Assembly (NCBI GenBank): GCA_017450215.1
Contig: JAFSVH010000063.1
Location: 5,603 to 69,602, forward strand
Length of the DNA: 64,000 bases
DNA from: Bacilli bacterium
GTDB lineage: Bacteria > Bacillota_I > Bacilli_A > ML615J-28 > CAG-698
Direction: 5' to 3'
The notes under the pieces were generated by a model. It made no database searches, was not told the origin of the DNA, and saw nothing but the letters and a program-made list of their open reading frames with translations. The position numbers and the translations under genes are program-made. Positions 58,506 through 64,000 of the stretch are shown here, in pieces; within the stretch, counting starts at the first letter, position 1; every line of letters begins with the position of its first letter.

Positions 58506-60518
58506 TTAATCAAATAAACCACTCAAGATTGATGCAACCTCACCAGTAATAGCATCAAGCATAATACTACTACTTTCTACTTTTGCATTTACACATAATT
58601 CATCAGTTTGTGGATTCTTTTTACCCATCAAGTCATTTAAATCATATGTTATAGCAATATATGAAGATGAAGATAAAGGTGATTTAGTTGTCTTAGGAAT
58701 AATAATCTTATTATCTTTTAGATAATATCTTTTATTCTTCACAACACAAGCAAGTGTTGATAATGCTAAATCATCATCACTATAACTACATTCAAGAATA
58801 TAATTATTATCATCTTCTTTTAATATCAATTTATCTATTTCAATCCTGTGCTTACTTGTGTTGAATACACCTTCATATGGCATTTTCACAAACTCTCCAT
58901 TGACTTTAGCATAAATTGTATATTTATGCTTTGAGAAAATTTCAAGAAATTCAAATCTATTAACTGTTTCACCTATCTTTTGAATCTTATCAAAATCATC
59001 ATCAATAGTAATATATAAATCTTTATATTTTTCTATTTCTTTATCAACACTAACAACAAAGCTCATTGAAGTTTCACTAGAATAAGCACCAATTGAAAGT
59101 TCAGGAACTTTTACTACAACTAACATAGCATTACCATCAGCTCTTTGATTGCCGTCTGATGGTGAATTAACGTATTGTAATTCTCCATCAATTAATACAG
59201 CCATTGATGATGATCCACCACCATCAAAGCACCAAGCTTCAGTGCAACCATAATAAATCATTTCAGCAGCACTTTCTGTTCCATTCATTCCATATAAACC
59301 TTTAGATGCTTGTCTTCCATCGGTTACAGTCATAATGATAGTACCGTCTTCTCTTTTACCAACTAAAGTTCTAGGATATCTATATTGACTATAACCAGAT
59401 AGTACTCCTTGATCAGCTACACTATCTTGACTAACACCATCTTTAACTAGACAATCAACATAATATATAGAATTATCTGCACCATTTTTAATATTATTAG
59501 ATTCATATTGAATTCTAACCTTAACACCAATCTTTAAATAACTCTTCAATTCATTATTATTAGTTTTAATACCAAATTGATTTTGACCTAAATTCATAGA
59601 TGTAATCTTAGTAATTAAACCTCTACCATAGAAATGATTTTCATCATAACTAACAGTATAAGCATCAATTCCATCAACAACATAAGCATCACTTACATCT
59701 ATTCCATCACATTTATGCATTGTATTGAATATACCATAAAATACAGATGTTTCATTCTCTCCAGGTTCTTCATTTGTCTTTTCAACAACACATCTATAGA
59801 TAATATTATCATCATGATCATAAATAGAAATATAAGGTCTTGCTTCTCTATCATATGAATTCTGCTCAACAATACTATTAGCACTTCCATCATTAGTAAA
59901 TCCAATTTGATCACCATTGACAGTAAGCTTATAATTTTCACCAAAGACAGTCAAAGCACCGCTTGAAGTGTGATTATAATTGTTTGATGAATTGATATCA
60001 AAGAAAGAACCATTAATAGCAGCAATAACTTTATATTCAGGATAATGATATTCAAAATCCTCAGCAATAGCTTTCACTGTTGCAAGTTGCCAAGCACCAT
60101 TTCTAACTAGAGCCCAAGGAACAACTTCAACCCCAGTATTAACAGGAATCTCTAAACCATAACACTTACCACTATATTCTTGATTCATAATAAATGGAAC
60201 AGTACCATAAGTAGAACCACCTAAAGCATATTCAGTCATTCTTTCTTGTAAAGTAGTTGAAACAAAGATCGAATCATTGAAATATTTAACCCCAAAAGAT
60301 AAATCTTTCTCTTCTAATCTCTCATCAGTTCTAAATGTTGCACCATTAATTTTTAATGTATCTCCATCATATTCCTTATATCCAATTTCTCCAGATACAG
60401 GAATTGCATTAATATTGATAAATGCTATAAGCATAAAAACTATAGTTATAATCGAAAATAGCAAAAATCTTCTAATATTTTTCATTAATATTCTCCTCAT
60501 ATTACTACCATCCTTCAT
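58506..60518 (-). CDS. Secreted phosphodiester glycosidase (NAGPA family), paralog of 49036..51030
   Basis: AAINGSFF, YPRTLVG, DGRQ, FDGGGSS, NSPSDG; same length and architecture as the paralog. Confidence 0.88.
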   Translation of the reverse strand: MKDGSNMRRILMKNIRRFLLFSIITIVFMLIAFININAIPVSGEIGYKEYDGDTLKINGATFRTDERLEEKDLSFGVKYFNDSIFVSTTLQERMTEYALGGSTYGTVPFIMNQEYSGKCYGLEIPVNTGVEVVPWALVRNGAWQLATVKAIAEDFEYHYPEYKVIAAINGSFFDINSSNNYNHTSSGALTVFGENYKLTVNGDQIGFTNDGSANSIVEQNSYDREARPYISIYDHDDNIIYRCVVEKTNEEPGENETSVFYGIFNTMHKCDGIDVSDAYVVDGIDAYTVSYDENHFYGRGLITKITSMNLGQNQFGIKTNNNELKSYLKIGVKVRIQYESNNIKNGADNSIYYVDCLVKDGVSQDSVADQGVLSGYSQYRYPRTLVGKREDGTIIMTVTDGRQASKGLYGMNGTESAAEMIYYGCTEAWCFDGGGSSSMAVLIDGELQYVNSPSDGNQRADGNAMLVVVKVPELSIGAYSSETSMSFVVSVDKEIEKYKDLYITIDDDFDKIQKIGETVNRFEFLEIFSKHKYTIYAKVNGEFVKMPYEGVFNTSKHRIEIDKLILKEDDNNYILECSYSDDDLALSTLACVVKNKRYYLKDNKIIIPKTTKSPLSSSSYIAITYDLNDLMGKKNPQTDELCVNAKVESSSIMLDAITGEVASILSGLFD

Positions 60519-60575
60519 ATCTCATTTTAGTATTTATAATTATAGTATCAATAGAAAATTTACACTTTTTTACAT

Positions 60576-60618
60576 AAAAGTTGCAAATTTTAAAACAAAA
60601 GTTGCAAGAAAGTTACAA
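60576..60618. promoter_or_regulatory. Phased direct repeats AAAGTT(G/A)CAA, putative regulator binding sites
   Basis: Copies at 60577, 60598 and 60609, upstream of a minus-strand TATAAT at 60539-60544. Confidence 0.45.
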
Positions 60619-60646
60619 TCAAAAATTCTTCATCTCAATTATTTTA

Positions 60647-62026
60647 TTATAATTTATATAAATCATCTCCATCATATTTATAATCTAATGATGGCACATC
60701 ATCTTCAAATCCATTAATTGATATAAAACCTATTCTCTTTACTTTTACTTCTTTAATAGCATTAATTTGATCTATTTCTTTTTTCACAATGTTTTTACTC
60801 ACTTTACATTTTAAATATTTTACTTCTATAATATCGTATGAATCATTTCTATCTAATGCAATGTCAAATTCATCATTTATATGATTAATACTATCATCAT
60901 AATAATATGAACCAACATTATATATATTATTAATTTTCTTCTTCTTTAATAATTCCCAAATATAATCTCTACATATATCTTCAAATCTTCTAGAAATAAA
61001 TTCATTTAATGACACATCAATAAAACTATCAAAAAAAGTATCACTATCCATTTTGTCAATCAAATATTTTCGCTTGTAAATATATGTATAATAAAATCTA
61101 AGGATATTATCATTAATTTGATAAGTAGCTTTTCTTTCTTGATTCAATTTATTTATTGGATATTCTTTTTTAATCAAGTCAATCTCCATCAACGGTTTCA
61201 ACATCTTGCTCAAATTTCCAGTTTTACCTTTATCAAGATCATCTTCTAATTCTTTATAATGTTTTTTTGAATTTTTAAGGCAACTTAACACTCTATCAAT
61301 CATAGTTTTGTTAATCATATCAGTTAATAATAAACTATCAACATATAAATAAACTGGACTACTCTTATTCAGTAATAATCTTTTTATATTATCAATTAAA
61401 GATAGTTCATAATCTATTTGACACAAAATGAACGGTGAACCACCAAAAACGGCATAAAATGCCACCTTATCATATGATGATATGTTTTCACAAAATATAG
61501 ATGCATCTAAATAATTAAGTTCTTTTAACTCTAAAGCACAAGTAAATCTACCAAATAAAGCATTCTTTTCTTGTAATAAATCCTTCATCATTGATATATG
61601 TGATCCAGATATAAAGAGATTGATATTTTTTAATTTATTATCAATTATATTTTGAAATAAAGAATCTACTTTTTTAGAGTCTTCATATTCCTTTAAATAG
61701 CAATATTCATCAATGATTACAACAAACTCTTTACCTAAACCATTAATGAAAGAAAACACTGAATCAAAAGTATTGTTTTCAAAAGAAAACTCATTAGGCA
61801 TTATTGATAATCTCTTCATTTCATCTGTTAAAATTTTAACATTATTCTCAATTGTATCTTTTATACATTCATAATATATTACTTCGCGACTAGAATATCT
61901 TTTTACAGCTTCTAAAATAAGAGTTGTCTTACCAATTTTTCTTTTACCATAAACTAAAGTGGCAGATGAATTTTTCAATAACTCTTCTTTTAATATTGCT
62001 AATTCCTTATCTCTTGCTACAAACAT
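60647..62026 (-). CDS. Archaeal-type ATPase with C-terminal DUF234/PD-(D/E)xK domain
   Basis: FVARDKEL, YGKRKIGKT, IIDE, SGS, FGR, GGSP, DNILRFYY, EFDI...IEVKY. Confidence 0.88.
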   Translation of the reverse strand: MFVARDKELAILKEELLKNSSATLVYGKRKIGKTTLILEAVKRYSSREVIYYECIKDTIENNVKILTDEMKRLSIMPNEFSFENNTFDSVFSFINGLGKEFVVIIDEYCYLKEYEDSKKVDSLFQNIIDNKLKNINLFISGSHISMMKDLLQEKNALFGRFTCALELKELNYLDASIFCENISSYDKVAFYAVFGGSPFILCQIDYELSLIDNIKRLLLNKSSPVYLYVDSLLLTDMINKTMIDRVLSCLKNSKKHYKELEDDLDKGKTGNLSKMLKPLMEIDLIKKEYPINKLNQERKATYQINDNILRFYYTYIYKRKYLIDKMDSDTFFDSFIDVSLNEFISRRFEDICRDYIWELLKKKKINNIYNVGSYYYDDSINHINDEFDIALDRNDSYDIIEVKYLKCKVSKNIVKKEIDQINAIKEVKVKRIGFISINGFEDDVPSLDYKYDGDDLYKL

Positions 62027-62139
62027 CTTTATCTCCTTTCTATATAATTCACTGAATTTATTTTCACTGAATTATCATTCAGTAATATTATATAATAATA
62101 TAGTTATTTTTGTCAACAAAAAATATACTAATTACAATA

Positions 62140-62166
62140 ATGTCCTGACTATAATAGTCAGGACAT
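62140..62166 (-). terminator. Terminator hairpin
   Basis: ATGTCCTGACTAT/ATAGTCAGGACAT immediately after the stop. Confidence 0.75.
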
Positions 62167-62170
62167 ATCA

Positions 62171-63283
62171 TCATTTATTAATTATAATAAGAGGAATTAA
62201 TACTTCATTTAATGTAGCACCAGCATGATGTGCTTTAATCGATGTATTAAAATCATAACTTAAAAAATATTTATTAGTTGCTATAGCAACATAATCACCT
62301 AATGAATATTTAATTGAATCATGAATTTTTAATTCACCATTTATATCAGGTATACCGAATATATAATTTTTTAGTATATCTTCTTTACTTAACAATATAA
62401 ATTTATCTTCAAAATAATAATCAAATAAATATTCAAAATTCTTTTTTTCTTCTTCTTTCACATGAAAGATTGCACATCTTCCTTCACAACTAAATTTTTT
62501 GGTTAGCATCTTATTCAAATCTTTAAAAAGAGAGAAATCAATTGGTTCACAATCAGTGAACCCATGATCAGCAACAATGATAAGACAACTATCTTTGTCA
62601 ATCATTTCACCAATCTTTTCAATTCTTTCATTGATATATTTCATTCTTTGATTAACAAGTTTACTCTCTACTCCATTTTCATGAAGTAAATCATCTGGTG
62701 TATCAAGATAACAATATACAAAATATTCCTCTTCAACATTATCAATGATTCTTTCTAATTCATCTAATTCATCACTAGCACTCTCGTAACCATCTGGTCT
62801 AAATGAAGGAAATATTTCAAATGTTTTATATCCATTATTATTAATCTTATCAATTATAGATTCATAACCAATTATCTTACTAACATCTAAATAATCTTGT
62901 TTTTTATTATTATAATATTCTTCATCTCTAAACAGAATAATCGATGGATGAATATCATCTAAATATAAATGCCAACCAAGCCAACCACTCTCAATCGGCA
63001 TCTTGCAGGAAAGTAGTGCAGTTGTAGCTGATGCTGTAGTAGGAGGGTAACATGAAAAAATACTCTTCTTGATATTTTTTCTTATATAAGCATCTTCATC
63101 AAGATGCTTATTAATAATATTAATCCCCATCCCATCTATTAACATCAATATTATCTTTTTCTTATTTAATAATGCTTCATCTACTTCTTTTAAAGTTTTA
63201 TGTTTAACATCAATTTTAAAATGTTTTAGAATTGATGATGAAACATTTATTAAACAATTATCATAATTTACAAATTTTATCAT
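62171..63283 (-). CDS. Alkaline-phosphatase-superfamily nucleotide pyrophosphatase/phosphodiesterase
   Basis: LIDGMG, SCYPPTTASA, PDDLLH, VADHG, HHAG...EVLIP. Confidence 0.88.
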   Translation of the reverse strand: MIKFVNYDNCLINVSSSILKHFKIDVKHKTLKEVDEALLNKKKIILMLIDGMGINIINKHLDEDAYIRKNIKKSIFSCYPPTTASATTALLSCKMPIESGWLGWHLYLDDIHPSIILFRDEEYYNNKKQDYLDVSKIIGYESIIDKINNNGYKTFEIFPSFRPDGYESASDELDELERIIDNVEEEYFVYCYLDTPDDLLHENGVESKLVNQRMKYINERIEKIGEMIDKDSCLIIVADHGFTDCEPIDFSLFKDLNKMLTKKFSCEGRCAIFHVKEEEKKNFEYLFDYYFEDKFILLSKEDILKNYIFGIPDINGELKIHDSIKYSLGDYVAIATNKYFLSYDFNTSIKAHHAGATLNEVLIPLIIINK

Positions 63284-63288
63284 TATTA

Positions 63289-64000
63289 TTAATTATATTT
63301 GAAGAAAGCATAACCAAGTGAATTATACAAATCTATAATCCAAGCTGTATATCTATGTTGAAAACCTGGTTTTTCTAAGAAAATACAATTCACTCCATCT
63401 ACTAATCTTCCATTACTTACATTAATCGCTGTTTGATAATCATATTTATGATTAGCATACATATGATCATCATCACCACAACTATGGTATGCAAATTTAA
63501 TATCATAAGGATCATTAGAATCAGCTAATCTCTTCTTTAGTGCATTCATTTGAGTATCAAGACCATAAGATCCACCTGAATAGTATCCGAAATATCCAAA
63601 ATATTCTAAATCATATGCCATAACACCCCAACCAATCATAGAACCTCTTGAAAGACCTGCATATGCTCTGTATTCTCTTGAAGGAATAAAATCAGTAAGT
63701 TTAACTTCATTAACATTCTTTCCATATAAATGAGCTTTTGTTCTATACATCGTCTCAGCAAGTGGCATAATATTATTAACTAATTCTTTATAGAAGTTAG
63801 CAGTACCATTTAAGTTTTCAGTTGGTGTAACTACAATAGTAGGTTCACAAGTCTTGTAATAATGTAAATTATCAAGTACTACCTTAGTTTGTTCCGTATA
63901 TCCACCTTTATAACCAAGTTGTGCTAGCCAATAAGCAGCATTCTCTCCACTACCGTGAGTCAAATACAATACATTATAATCATCATTATTGTTATCATAT
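63289..64000 (-). CDS. Alpha/beta-hydrolase esterase, 5' end outside the window
   Basis: YLTHGSGEN, IVVTP, RAYAGLSRGS (GxSxG), SCGDDD, C-terminal His. Confidence 0.8.
   Translation of the reverse strand, partial: YDNNNDDYNVLYLTHGSGENAAYWLAQLGYKGGYTEQTKVVLDNLHYYKTCEPTIVVTPTENLNGTANFYKELVNNIMPLAETMYRTKAHLYGKNVNEVKLTDFIPSREYRAYAGLSRGSMIGWGVMAYDLEYFGYFGYYSGGSYGLDTQMNALKKRLADSNDPYDIKFAYHSCGDDDHMYANHKYDYQTAINVSNGRLVDGVNCIFLEKPGFQHRYTAWIIDLYNSLGYAFFKYN

Noticed and set aside
3854-62228. Many short ORFs in the track opposite or inside long genes (for example 4173, 5263, 16707, 19914, 44060, 60277)
   Set aside because: Antisense or alternate-frame shadows of well-supported genes, with no motifs
62171-63283. 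PglZ of a BREX system
   Set aside because: Stand-alone 370-aa phosphodiesterase with no brx or pgl neighbours
1-64000. Whole window using genetic code 4 or 25
   Set aside because: TGA ends several intact genes (for example 5699, 16208, 34336, 40272, 41462, 42854, 62171), long ORFs are open in code 11, and Trp is TGG where I checked

Overview
A very AT-rich bacterial chromosomal segment in standard genetic code 11 (TGA ends several intact genes). Gene content suggests a low-GC Bacilli or Acholeplasmatales/Anaeroplasma-like organism, which is an inference. Almost all genes lie on the minus strand. The left arm (1-14.4 kb) holds a tightly linked run of galE, a HAD hydrolase, a membrane/helical protein, two Rgg-like regulators, a PHP phosphatase and a radical SAM/SPASM enzyme with an RRE-like N-terminus. 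It also holds an aminotransferase, a membrane protein with a YjbR-like domain, a parvulin-like lipoprotein and an Fe-S aldo/keto reductase. The centre (18.7-48.8 kb) is a Wzx/Wzy surface-polysaccharide locus: PIG-L deacetylase, priming transferase, ATP-grasp enzyme, glycosyltransferases, TagF/TagD, a complete GDP-6-deoxy-heptose pathway, an FnlA/QnlA/QnlB-like pathway and a dead acyltransferase. It is separated from its capD/pglF gene by an 8-kb decaying islet (membrane protein, KAP NTPase, NYN nuclease, LRR remnant, structured intergenic DNA). Two similar defence islets flank the locus, each an AAA_21 ATPase plus TOPRIM/RloB-like partner next to an AbiE pair, and all three toxin-antitoxin toxins in the window look disabled. 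The right arm has two paralogous phosphodiester glycosidases, a solute-binding lipoprotein, a leader peptide and terminator in front of a RhuM-PLD gene, an ATPase-DUF234, a phosphodiesterase and a partial esterase. I saw no rRNA, tRNA, CRISPR array, transposase or integrase. All family calls come from motif recognition by eye, not from database searches.
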